From Balanoglossus misakiensis (lineage: Eukaryota > Animalia > Hemichordata), in assembly GCA_040954595.2 (NCBI GenBank), contig CM082589.2:6197186-6261185 (forward strand): 64,000 bases of DNA, given 5' to 3'. Numbering within the stretch: the first letter of the stretch is position 1; every line of letters starts with the position of its first letter. The translations under genes and the position numbers were made by a program. Of the stretch, positions 27,700-40,137 are shown piece by piece. The notes below the pieces were generated by a model. The model was not told the origin of the DNA. It did no database searches and saw nothing but the letters and a program-made list of their open reading frames with translations.

Positions 27700-28265
27700 C
27701 TCTCAAATTGAATTTACGTTAAACTCCATACGCAACCATCAGGGATGACTTTACTTCCTCCATCTGTCGCTCGGTAACCGTCATCGTTAATCTTATTCAA
27801 TATGCCTGTTCAACACATTATATTTTTTGTAGTTCGCATTATATTTATTGTTTATCTTTCCATATCATTTTCGGTGGCAGGCCAGGCTGGACACTGAGCA
27901 ACCTGGGATACATTGTTGTGATTGTGGATTTGAAAGATGCGGCATCTTATCTGCCGGTGATATTGTTAATCGTCTTGTTAATTGAATAGACAGGTGGTAC
28001 AGTGGTGGACATTGCTGGCCACATTAGACAAATCATTACGGCGAAGCTAATTTTTGCAACCATATCCTCAACTTTCAAAGTTCTCGCGTTAGTTTGAATA
28101 ACTGGAAATGTATGAAGCCAAATTATTTTTTAAAAAGTCAGGCGCCCACTTCAACTGACCAAGAGTGTCGATCGGGAAATAGCTGGCCAAAGTGCAATCT
28201 GCATGACCAATGAACAAGGCCCGGTAAAGATGATACCGCTTGCACGTCTGAAGAGATTGCAAAGT
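27700..28265 (+). pseudogene. Orphan relic of a lectin-gene 5' intron (trace of a probable lost paralog)
   Basis: 27763-28265 aligns by eye with 35741-36262 (shared aaagatgcggcatcttatctgccggtgatattgttaatcgtcttgttaattgaat). 27710-27765 resembles 29440-29500. No coding exons follow. Confidence 0.65.
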
Positions 28266-28989
28266 GCAGTGTAGATACAGTATCGATACCCACAAGTGCG
28301 CACGGTACGTTCCAAGTCTCAGAGCTAACAACGTTGGAGGCCACTCCGCAGAGGTCATTCCGGATGAGGGAGCTGACTCAATCGGGAAATTGACAAATTC
28401 TTCGAAAGAATACGTAAGACTTTAAATAGGCCCGGGCCCACTCGGGCAGTCCCCGAGCAATCAAGGTACCTCCATGGATAGACAGACGCTGTCTATAGTA
28501 TTGTAGACAGCCCGTGTGGAAAAAGTATACACACTCACTGTATTTACTGAATTTATCCCAGAGAGATGACTCTTGGAATGATTTTACTTTCCCTCATCTT
28601 AAAAACTGGTTTCCTGATAGTAGGAGAAGGGGAACGCTTGCAACAATTTGGTCCCACTGGGCAGTGCGGGACTCTTGCTCATAGAAACTATCGTTCTCAT
28701 TCAAATACAATAAAGGATCAGTAGACTACCGAATTTAATTGTTTAGACTGATCAGAATTTCACCACAATCACGGGGTAGTTGACGGGTGAAGGGAATTAA
28801 TAGTGTACATATAGACGGGACTGGAGTGGACATGGTGAGTGTGACGACCTTTTGTTAATTTATTCCGTTTATTTACGCTGGGTAAATCATGAATTATTAA
28901 AGGCCGCGGTGGCTCTAGGCCCTACTATTCTGGGCTCCGGAACGGTCCGGACGGCACGTCAAGTTCGCAGGCACAAAATGCGGGATGTT

Positions 28990-29520
28990 TTCTGTTTCCC
29001 TGTTACCTAACGTCAATTTCACAATGCATTGTTTAATTTAACTGTCCCGTTACCAACAACCTCAGGATAGTTGCGAGCGTACATCGACACCACTTACAAA
29101 CTTCTTGACGGATATTTTCATCCATGATCTTTCGTTTGAAACGAGGGATTGTTGGCGTAAAATTGGTCAGATTACTATTTTGGAAGTCGTTTTAGGTAAG
29201 TAACTAAGTAACGGACGTGTTTCGTATTAGAAAAATGTAAGCTTATGGTGGAGTTCGACATGTTACCAAATCTTCATCTTTAACAGCGAGAAAACTGAAG
29301 TGGCCGCCTACACGTTAGTAGTAGTAGTGGCCAGGTTATTTCTTTGAACTTGACAAGACCCAGTAATAAGTGAATATGAGTAGTCTCGGTACAAGGTTCG
29401 GCAAACTCGATCAGACACCGCGAACCCCCATATCCAAGTCTCGCAAATTTACGTAAACGTTAACACCACCATCAAAGATGACTTTGCTTTCTTCATCTGT
29501 GTATGTAGCCATCGTCTCAA
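28990..29520 (+). promoter_or_regulatory. Putative promoter/non-coding first exon block of lectin C, duplicated upstream of lectin D (about 35050-35550)
   Basis: Shared text gttacctaacg.caatttcacaatgcattg and gagcgtacatcgacaccact. Donor-like gtcgttttag|gtaagt (about 29195) and |gtaggt (about 35261). An acceptor sits just before each ATG. Confidence 0.6.
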
Positions 29521-30027
29521 GAGAGACATTCTAGTTTCTCGCGTTCATGTACAGGTGGGATTCAATGGAAACCCCCAAAAATGTGATGGACTTCGCGGAC
29601 GATGTCGTGCCTTTGAAATGATAGTTTTCCAGTTTTGAAACAAGATTACGCGTTGTTTGTGTGTCTTTCGCTCAGTAACCGTCATTGTTGCGTTGTTCAA
29701 GATGCCTCTTCAAGGAAATATTGAATTTCAGCTCACTTGAAAGAGGCAATGCCGTGTTAACCTTAAGTTTACATATCGAATTCGATCATGGCAGGCCACG
29801 CAAAATTGGATATTTTGATGCGATTAGGGAATTTACAAAGGGGGTTGGGACTGGGCAGTTTTACCGCGGTGTAGCACCGGTGCTGAGCCGGGCCGGTGTA
29901 AAAAACAACAAATGTGAACCGGCTGCGTCGGAATAGGGGCGACTTGGTTTGGTTCTTGTAGGCAAGGGGGTTCAGGGCCGTTCTAGAATTTAGAAGGTTT
30001 TTTTTTACTTTCAGGCGACGAACCATT

Positions 30028-33000
30028 ATGGCAAATGGCGAATCAAGGCTACAATTCGTATACATAATTTGGATCTTTTGCCGTGCTGGTAGGTCACCTA
30101 TTGTTCACTATTTTATGAATCTAAAAAGGGAACGTGTTTTTCGTCGAAAATCAATCACCAGAGACATATTGTGTAAATTCCACAGCTAAGGTTTTGAGTG
30201 AGTGATTTTTGTTAACCAGCAGAGTAAATAAATTACAACAAATGTTTGCGTGTGAACCAACAACTTTTTCATTTCAACCAAATAAACATCGTTTGGACTG
30301 GAAAGCATTCAACCAGTGATAATTTGTCCGGGGCTGAACGCTTGCGAGCTGGCGTGGACTGCTTAGCCCGCCACCAATCAGACTCATGGAATTATGTGCA
30401 TATATTAAAAGAACCTCGTCTTTCTGTCACACCTTATCCCTCGATGTTGCAGTGTGCATCTCAGCAACGATAGTCTGTCCAGAAATATCAGACGACAGCA
30501 ACACCCTTGTCTCAACTGTGAAACTTGGCGATCGGTGCTACTGGTTCCAAGCCGAGGGAGTCTCGTCTAGAGATTGGGAGGGCGCTACGGATTGGTGCAT
30601 AGCACGCGTTGGCTATCTGGTCAAGTTTGAGACGCAAACCGAAGAAACTGACGTCATCGACTACATCAACGCTCAGGGGTACACTAACACGGATGAATTC
30701 TGGACGTGTGGAAAATGTATTCACAACGTCGGCGGTCAGTCTGCCAAGTGTGATGGTGGTGAAAACTGGCAGTGGTATCCAGGTACGCTTTTAAACGTAT
30801 AAGTCAAAACCACTCACTCATGTATATTCAGTGCATATAATTATACGTCTTATTAAAATAACGAAAGCCGTTTAGGTCTAAGCAATAAAACAGCAAACAT
30901 TCAACGGCATTTGTGAAAAACACCTTTCTTTTTTAAGCAAATTAACAAGTGAAAGACTGGTGCACACAAACATTCAACTTAACTTTCATTTCTGTCAACA
31001 CTTTGAAGATGGTCACACTGGGGAGAGCATGACATACACCAACTGGGACACGAACGAACCAGACCCAAGCTCCGTGATTGACAAGAACATAAACATGGTC
31101 TTGAAGGCAACAGGGTCACTTTCTGAATGGAAGTGGTATGATCAAACATACAGCAAGTTGACAAACTTCATATGTGAATTTGGTGAGTAAACCGCTTCTT
31201 GTATTCGATGTGTAAAGTTTATGCGCAGACAAATCATAATTATTGCGAACAAACTTAAATATTTTCCAGTCAGTCAGAGGTCATATGATAGTACATAGCC
31301 AGTTGCAAAGGCACAGTCCAATAATACGTCACTATATATATACATGTATAATACATCTTACTTGTCTACAAGCTCATGATATCTACCAAAAACGAGTTGC
31401 AATATATACCTACATGAAATAGTCTTTCCACTAATTAAAACGTCGTTTCCTTTCATCGCCGAATGGTGAACAGACTCAGAAGACATCTCGACTCCAGGAC
31501 TCACCACGCTACAGACAACGACGACAAATCCCACCACGATAATCAGTACAGCGCAGACGACGACAAATCCGACCACCATGATGAGTACAGTGCAGACGAC
31601 GAAAAACCCTACCACGATGATGAGTACCATGCAGACGACGACAAATCCCACCACCATGATGAGTACAGCGCAGACGACGACAAATCCCACCACCATGATG
31701 AGTACATTGCAGACGACGAAAAATCCGACCACCATGATGAGTACAGCGCAGACGACGAAAAATCCGACCACCATGATGAGTACAGCGCAGACGACGAAAA
31801 ATCCGACCACAATGATGAGTACAGCGCAGACGACGAAAAATCCGACCACCATGATGAGTACAGTGCAGACGACGACAAATCCCACCACCATGATGAGTAC
31901 ATTGCAGACGACGAAAAATCCGACCACCATGATGAGTACAGCGCAGACGACGAAAAATCCGACCACCATGATGAGTACAGCGCAGACGACGAAAAATCCG
32001 ACCACAATGATGAGTACAGCGCAGACGACGAAAAATCCGACCACCATGATGAGTACAGTGCAGACGACGACAAATCCCACCACCATGATAAGTACAGCGC
32101 AGACGACGACAAATCCCACCACCATGATAAGTACAGCGCAGACGACGAAAAATCCCACCACGATGATGAGTACAGCGCAGACGACGAAAAATCCCACCAC
32201 GATGATGAGTACAGTGCAGACGACGAAGAATCCCACCACCATGATAAGTACAGCGCAGACGACGAAAAATCCCACCACCATGATAAGTACAGCGCAGACG
32301 ACGAAAAATCCCACCACCATGATAAGTACAGCGCAGACGACGAAAAATCCGACCACCATGATGAGTACAGCGCAGACGACGAAAAATCCCACCACGATGA
32401 TGAGTACAGTGCAGACGACGACAAATCCGACCACAATGATGAGTACAGTGCAGACGACGAAAAACCCTACCACGATGATGAGTACAGTGCAGACAACGAA
32501 AAATCCCACCACGATGATGAGTACAGAGCAGACGACGAAAAACCCTACCACGATGATGACCACAATGCAGACAACGACGAAAAATCCAACCACAATAGTA
32601 AGTACGGAGCAGACAACGACCAAAAATCCCACCACGGTAATGACCACTGACCAGACGACGAAAATGCCGACCACAACATTGATGAGTACAGAGAAGACGA
32701 CGACAACAAATCCAACCACAATAGTAAGTGCAGAGGAGACGACGAAAAAACCCACCACGATTTTGACCACCTTGCAGACAACGATGAAAATTCCCACAAC
32801 GATGATAAGAACAGAGCAGGCGACAAAAAATCCGACCACGATAGTGAGTACTGAGCAGACGACGCATACAACGAAGCCAGCCAGTAAAAAGCCACCCAAA
32901 GCAACCACTACCCGTCCGACTACAACATTTGGTACGTATATTCACCAACAGTTCTTCATGAAGCCATATAACAATAGGAGATTTGAGAACCATGTCTTTG

Positions 33001-33589
33001 AACTAAAAGCTGTGAATGGCAGTGTCATGAAATCAAAGTAGCACGTGTTAACATTTCTGTTTCTGTTATGACGTTGTCCTTTAATCAGATTCTCTCCTGT
33101 CGGAAACCTTATTTACAACTACTCGAAGTACTTCTACGTCACAGTTCACTACTGGAACAATGTCGACGAAAACGTGCGATGGGATCAATTCTAGTAAGTA
33201 CTTGTATTGTGCGTATCTATATGTACATATCTTTCAGTCTGTCTGTCTGTATATTGTTTGTGTGTGTCATTTCGCAATTCGCCTTACTAAAGAATTGTAT
33301 CCTTATATCCAGCTTGTGGACCTGGAGAACTGGTTATAATCGCCATCGGGTCTGTGATTGGTGTTGTCATGGCAGCAAGTGTGATATTTCTCGTCAGATA
33401 TCGGTGAGATTCAAGAGATTTCTTATGTGGAAGTGTTTAACCTTCGCAGTTTTGAGTGAGTGAGTGGGTGAGTGAGTCCGAGATAGTGAGGACTTCCCCT
33501 GCGGATTCTGTCTCCCTGTGTTTGAAATTGATTTCGTTGTGGCAGCATACTTCTATAAGGCACACAAAATCACCAGACAATAATGCAAA

Positions 33590-33638
<49 letters not shown>

Positions 33639-33875
33639 CTTATTTCCATCTTCTCTAGATACAGAACGGGGAAAGTAGACGACATATCAAAGTCGGTGGA
33701 AGCTGGAAAGCAGGATGTCAAAAGCAACATTGGAAGCAAAAAGAATTGTGAATGGACCAAAGGTCGTTTGGATGTCATCGATCTGCAACAGCAAACGGGT
33801 GGAGCGGAAAGATGGCAACGGAAGGCATTTGACATCTTCTCATACAACCCTGATGTGAAGTACGCGAAGATTTAA
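30028..33875 (+). CDS. C-type lectin/mucin type I receptor, paralog C (1 CTLD, long tandem-repeat stalk, ITIM-like tail), about 811 aa
   Basis: Exons 30028-30088, 30453-30782, 31009-31182, 31474-32931, 33089-33193, 33313-33403 (TM), 33659-33875; total 2436 nt. EPD and WYD motifs. The tail ends YNPDVKYAKI. Confidence 0.92.
31510..32870 (+). repeat. 39-bp coding VNTR encoding TTKNPTTMMSTAQ (roughly 27 regular units plus several degenerate ones)
   Basis: Unit acgacgaaaaatccgaccaccatgatgagtacagcgcag read directly. Confidence 0.97.
33591..33637. repeat. (AAC)n microsatellite, intronic
   Basis: Direct reading. Confidence 0.95.
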
Positions 33876-34199
33876 GGCAGTACACGCTTCGGGAACAGAT
33901 TTTCAGAAACAAATAATAGTATTCCAAACTTTTTGTCAGTTCTTTTCTGTAATTAAGTGTGTGAAGAGTTTCAAAGAAACCTTTTTCTGTATATAGTTTT
34001 ACGTTTCACAGATAATGTGTATAAGAGTTTTATATGTTTGTATCAGATTTATAGTAGTCAGACCTGTAAGTGAGCTTTTGGCTTGTTGGCTTTGAATGAA
34101 TAAATAAAGCAAAATATAAATCAATGAATAAATAAATATTGTCAATCGGTCTCAGGTGGCATAACTGTACAACTAATTTAAATTTGACCTATTTAGTAA

Positions 34200-34440
34200 G
34201 AGAAACTGCTGCTTTCCTGGCATGTAATCAGCCGTGAACTTGAAGAAACAAGCGTTGTGCACTCTACTCGACTGCTAGTCGCGACCGTCGTCTTTAAGAA
34301 TCACATCGAGGGCAACAGGTATCCAGTGTTGAAGAAAGCATCTCGGGTTACCTTGGATACGTCACGTCCAGTGACAAAACAACACCGCGCCGAACGCCAC
34401 CACGATTCCCTGTTTGAGAAAGAGTCCGAGATTACCGTGT
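34200..34440 (+). pseudogene. Truncated pseudogene copy of the 5' end of the sulfotransferase at 41427
   Basis: GTGAACTTGAAGAAAC..(frameshift)..VVFKNHIEG..LKKASRVTLDTSRP..HHDSLFEKESEIT matches ATGAACGCGAAGAAAC..IIFRNHHTDG..SKKASQFTLEPSRP..YHDPLLEKESQTT. The start codon is lost and no catalytic domain follows. Confidence 0.85.
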
Positions 34441-37197
34441 GCAGTGAGAAGTATTAATGGCCTTGCCCTCTTTAGTGGTGACAGAATTTGCCTGGTTACT
34501 TTGCAATGAATTTAATTAAATGGGAAGAACAACCGATTTAAATGGACAACTGATTTTAAATTAAAATACTGGTGTATGATAGGCGATAGCAACCATATCA
34601 ACCAATTTGCTAATCTGGTGAATGAATGCAAGAATTAAAGAAAGACATTTTACCATCGTACGCAAGATGATTAGCTTAAATCTTTATACAAGCGCACGAA
34701 GGAGGTCCACATTATGCGATTGATGATCAGTTTGGTTCTTTTTGGTGTAATCGGGAGACAGTATGACCCATTAAGCATTGAATAGCACAGACTGGAAACC
34801 CCCTCCCCGCGCCACCAACATGTCGTAGAAATTGGCCCATCCTTAATTTAAGGTTTCGCGGAGTTTGTCGTGTATGAGACAGGCCAATTTCTCTCGTCCC
34901 ATTTTTTTCTCAGATATTCCTTAGTGAACAAAATACAATTCATTTTAATCCAATCCAAAGGTAATCTCCTGGAGGAATGATCCCTTGAGTTGGTGTTAGG
35001 AGGCTACAGCTTTCGCACTTCACAAATAATAACGCGGGATTAATTCTTATCTGTTTAAATGTTACCTAACGCCAATTTCACAATGCATTGTTTAAATGTC
35101 CCATTACCAACAACCTCAGCAGGATAGTTGAGAGCGTACATCGACACCACTGGCAAACTTCTTGAAAGCTATTGTTTTCATCCTGGATCTTTCGTTTGAT
35201 GCTGCAAACGGGGATTGTTGAAGTAAAATTGGTCCTATTTGTATTTGGGAAGTCGTTTTAGGTAGGTAACCAAGTAACGGTGTTTCGTATTAGAAAAATA
35301 TAAGCTTTATGGTTGTGTTGGACATGTTACTATTGTGCATTTTATTACGAAAGTAAGTGTGATACGTCTTAGTTGTAGGGTTGTTTCTCTGAACTGGAAA
35401 AGGCCTAGTAATAAGTGAATTAAAGCAGTCTCTCGGTGCTGGGTATGGCAAACCCAATCAGACATCGAACCCTTCCATCCCAGTCTTGCAAATTTACGTA
35501 AGCTCCACACGCCATCTGCTTTCCTCATCTTTGTAGCCATCATCTCAAGACAGTCGGTCTCACTATAGGTAGCATTCGTGCGGGGTTTGGGCGGGAATCC
35601 ACAGAAATTATGGTGTTTTAGTGGTCGACGTCAACTCTTTGAAATTGGCCTCCATGAAGCTCATTCAATGCAGGTGTCCAGTCAAGGAAAACACATGAAG
35701 TAGATCTTTGTATTTGAGAGGGAAAACGCATTTTAGCGTCGCTGTCGCTCAGTAACCATCATTGTTAGTCTTGTCCAAAGCACCTGCTGTTCACTGTTCA
35801 ACACATATGCATGTATTTATTGTAGTTCAGTTGAGTGCCGTGTTTTTCTTTACATGTCATTTTCGGTGGCAGGCCAGGTTGGACAGCAACCTTGGATACA
35901 TTGTTGTGGTTGTGGATTTTAAAGATGCGGCATCTTATCTGCCGGTGATATTGTTAATCGTCTTGTTAATTGAATGGTCGGCCTATACAGTGGTGGGCAA
36001 TGCTGTCCAGATTTCAAATATTATTTCGATCTGGCTAATTCGCAACAATGTCCTTACTATCAAAAGTTCGCGTTATTTTGAACAACTGTTACTAATGTAC
36101 GTCGAATTCCCAGAGAAATTCAGGCGCCTACTTCTGTACTGAGTGTCTATCGGGGGTATATCTGACCTGGCCGAAGTGCGATGCGCATGACCAATGAACA
36201 AGGCGCTATCAAGTTCTTAATACCCGGTAAGATGATACCGGTATAGGACGATTGCAAAGTCGACACGGCTCAGCTGCCTGTCTCAGAGATGCCTTTCTTA
36301 CATGTTCTATGGGTAAACGTTTGGAATTGCGATGGCAGGTTTAACAAGCAGAGAACAGTAAATCACACAATTAGTGGGCGCTGGGCTAAAACCTAAAAGT
36401 GGGCAACTGCAATAAGTCATATTATAGGCAGACGACTGAAAACAAAGCCTAAGCAACTTGAAGGCACATATCGGTGTCGACACCATAACACATCAATCTG
36501 GATGACCTGTTGGCACGGTTGACATGAAAGCAAGCAATATTTGGATTTTAATTTGTCTTTTGACAAAGTCGGTGAATGTGATGTGTTCACGCAGGTGGAC
36601 ACGTGTCTTCTTTGATTGGCTTGTCGTTCACGTGTCACGTCAGGCCAACCACGCTCGACAGACCCTGACGTTGGAAAGCCAGTCAGGCCAAAGGTTACTT
36701 CAAGTGTTAATTTGTTAGTCAACAGTTTGCCATTGCACCACTGGCCATCAATACGGTTATTTTATTCAGGTATACAGAGAGTCATTCAGTCAGTCAGTCA
36801 TTCATTCATTCAGTCATTCAGTCAGTCAGTCAGTTAGTCAGTCGGTCGGTCGGCCAAGTCAGCCATTAATAGTACTCGAGTAAACCACAAATTTTGTCTT
36901 TTTTCCGTAATGAAATAATTATGATATTTATTTTCTTACAATCAATCCAAGTTTGGATACAACATAAAAATAAAATCCAGCTTTACTTTTCATTTGGCAA
37001 TGTTAAAGTTGATTCAGTATCAGGAAGACTTCCCGCTGGATATTTACTATCCGGGCATTTTCCCACTGGCAGGCAGGATTACAATCATGGATAAGGTTAC
37101 AATAATTGTCCGGCGATGAGCAAATAACCAAGGGGTAACTCTACTTGAACCATGCATTTCTTTGTTTTCTTCTTGCATTTTCAGACGACAAACTAAA

Positions 37198-39767
37198 ATG
37201 GCAAATGACGAATCAAGGATACAAATTCTATACATAACTTGGATCCTTTGCCGTGTTGGTAGGTCCCCTATTTAGGGGTTTCATAATTTTATTGGTATTT
37301 TAAAAATGTTTTCCTATTTTATAAATGACACTTTTCACTATTTTATAAATGACAAGTGTAATAATCGAATATAGATTTTTTAATTAGATTTACAACAAAG
37401 GGTATGATGCGCATATATTAAAAGAACCTCGTTCTTTTCTGTCTTAAATAATCGCACGATGTTGCAGTGTGCATCTCAGCATCGATTGTCTGTCCAGAGA
37501 TATCAGACGACAGCAACAACCTTGTCTCAACGGTGAAACTTGGAGATCGGTGCTACTGGTTCCAAGCCGAGGGAGTCTCGTCGAGACATTGGCAAGGTGC
37601 TACGGATTGGTGCATAGCACGTCTTGGCTATCTGGTCAAGTTTGAGACGCAAACCGAAGAAACTGACGTCATCGACTACATCAACGCTCGGGGGTACACT
37701 AACACGGATGAATTCTGGACTAGTGGAAAATGTATTCACAACGTCGGCGGTCAGGCTACCAAGTGCGATGGCGCTGCAAACTGGCAGTGGTATCCAGGTA
37801 CGCACACGTATACAACCAACCATGATACACCAGACCCCCCCCCCACCGATGACCCATCGTGTGTGTTTCAAAGATGACGCATCATATCCCATCATGACCC
37901 CAATCATGTCCTATATCATAAACCATCATGACCTCTGATGTTCAACTTTGACCCATCATGATCTGCACATGACTCATCATATATGATCCCATATACGCTA
38001 ACATTAAGAAACGCTAAGCCATGCACATGTACATGATTTTTCTATGTCTGTGCCAAAAACACACAGCATTCCTATGTATATATTAAGCTTATATAAATTC
38101 AATTCATTTTGAAGATGGTTCCACTGGGGAGAGCATGACGTACACCAACTGGGACACGAACGAACCAGACCCAAGCTCTGTGAATGACAAGAATACCAAC
38201 ATGGTCATCATGAAGACAGCAGGGTCGTCTCTTGACTGGAAATGGTATGATCAAACATTTAGCAAGATGACAAACTTCATATGTGAATTTGGTGAGTAAA
38301 GGGATTTGTGAATATAATAGTCGTACTTGTCTACAACGTCATGACATCTACCCAAAAAGCTGGTTTAGTAATAAGCCTTTGTAGTAAGTAACCATCGATA
38401 TATCTTGTCATCAAATGTACTCTACTCTGTGGCCAAAAAGACACGACCCTTCCAAAAGCAAAACATGAACTTTTCCTTCATTGCCGAACACTGAACAGAC
38501 GGAGAAGTCATTACAACACCGGCGTTCAGTACAAGTACGATGCAAACTTCAAGTCCCACCACGCTGCAAAGTACGGAGCAGAGAACGACGAAAAATCCGA
38601 CCACGATGATGAGTACCGTGCAGACGACGAAAAATCCGACCACGGTGATGAGTACAGCGCAGACGACGAAAAATCCGACCACGATGAGTACCGTGCAGAC
38701 GACGAAAGATCCTACCACGATGATGAGCACAAAACAGACGACGATGCATACAACGAAGCCAGCTAGTACACAGCCACCCAACGCAACCACCGCCCCTCCG
38801 ACTACAACAGTTGGTACGTATATTCACCAACAGTACTACCAACGAACCATAAGTCCGAAAAGCAACTCACACTTCATTGTACCCATGTAACAAAAATGGC
38901 ACGCATTTTTAATTTTAACATTTCCTTCTCCATGATTTTGTTGTTCTTACGTGGTTCTGGAATCTTTTCCCACCGCTCACAATCTTCTGTACAGTCAATG
39001 GGAGTACGTCACAGCACACCACTGAAAATGTGCCGACGACATCCAGAACAACGTCGGCAGAAACGGATACTGATGAACCGAACAGCATTTGTAAGTGTGA
39101 CGAGAACAATTCTGGTAAGTACACGTATTGTGCGAATATGTACGTGATTGTGTGAGTGTATGTATGTATATGCATGTCTCTTCGTCTTGGAAAATAATGC
39201 ATATGAATTGTATCCTTAAATTCAGTTTGTGGACTTGGAATACTAATTGGTATCATCATCGGGTCTGTGATTGGTGCTGTCATAGCAACAATGGTGATAT
39301 TTCTCATTAATAATTGGTAAGATTCAAGAGATTTTTTTTAACTACTGTTATATTCCAGCTCATTTAGCCATGTCAAACACTTACATCCAACCGAATGCAA
39401 GGGATAGTTTCAAGGAACCAGCGCCAGCGGAACTGAATATGCAATATCCTGACTGACCTTTGCAAAGTTCACGGTCTATTTGATTGCTGAAAATTTCAAA
39501 GAAACATTTTATAAATGTACATTTTTTATTCCCAGTTTCTCTAGATACAGAACGGGGAAGGTGGACGACATATCAAAGTCAACGCATGCGCATGCGGGAT
39601 TGCGAGTTGTGGAAAGCACCTATGAAAGCCAAAAGGTTTGTGAATGGACCACCGGTCAGTTGGATGTCGTCGATCTGCAACACATGCCAGGTGGAGCGGA
39701 AAGGTGGCAACGGAAGTGGTTTGAACGTTTCGCCTACAACCCTGATGTAAAAAACGCGAAGATTTAA
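37198..39767 (+). CDS. C-type lectin/mucin type I receptor, paralog D (1 CTLD, short stalk), about 441 aa
   Basis: Exons 37198-37258, 37468-37797, 38115-38291, 38499-38813, 38995-39114, 39226-39316 (TM), 39536-39767; total 1326 nt. Close paralog of C with an EPD motif. The tail ends YNPDVKNAKI. Confidence 0.92.
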
Positions 39768-39976
39768 TGCAGTACAGATTGTCAGAACAATGACAGTATT
39801 AAAAAAAAAATTCAGTACTTTTCTATAATAAAGTGTATGCGGAGTCTATATGGAATTTTTTTATCAGCTTATATATTGAAAAAAAAGGATTTACGGCACG
39901 CAATTTTGACAAGTGTTGGCACGTCAGTTTATGTCTGTGGTCAGTAGAATAATCATTTCTCTGTCCTCATGTACTA

Positions 39977-40137
39977 TAGTCTGGTCCCTTGTCCCATTCT
40001 CACCGCTGGCTGCGCCACGCTAAAAGAAATGGGGTCGGGTAATAACTGCTAATAATGGCTGCCATCTTGCATATGCTTTTGTGCAGCATATAATGAGACA
40101 AAGACCATGCACAAGATGGCTACAGGAGACCAGACTA
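39977..40137. mobile_element. 161-bp MITE with TAG-starting TIRs (Academ-like)
   Basis: Left end tagtctggtcccttgt; the right end reverse-complements to tagtctggtctcctgt. Flanks catgtacta / cgtgtacat may be a decayed 9-bp target duplication. Confidence 0.6.

Noticed and set aside
31510-32870. Regular array superficially like CRISPR
   Set aside because: There are no unique spacers and no cas genes, and it lies in a eukaryotic coding exon.
31358-32993. Long alternative-frame and antisense ORFs (His/Asp-rich, poly-Val, Cys/His/Arg-rich)
   Set aside because: These are by-products of a stop-free 39-bp repeat. Only the Thr-rich frame fits the splice phases of lectin C and its paralog D.
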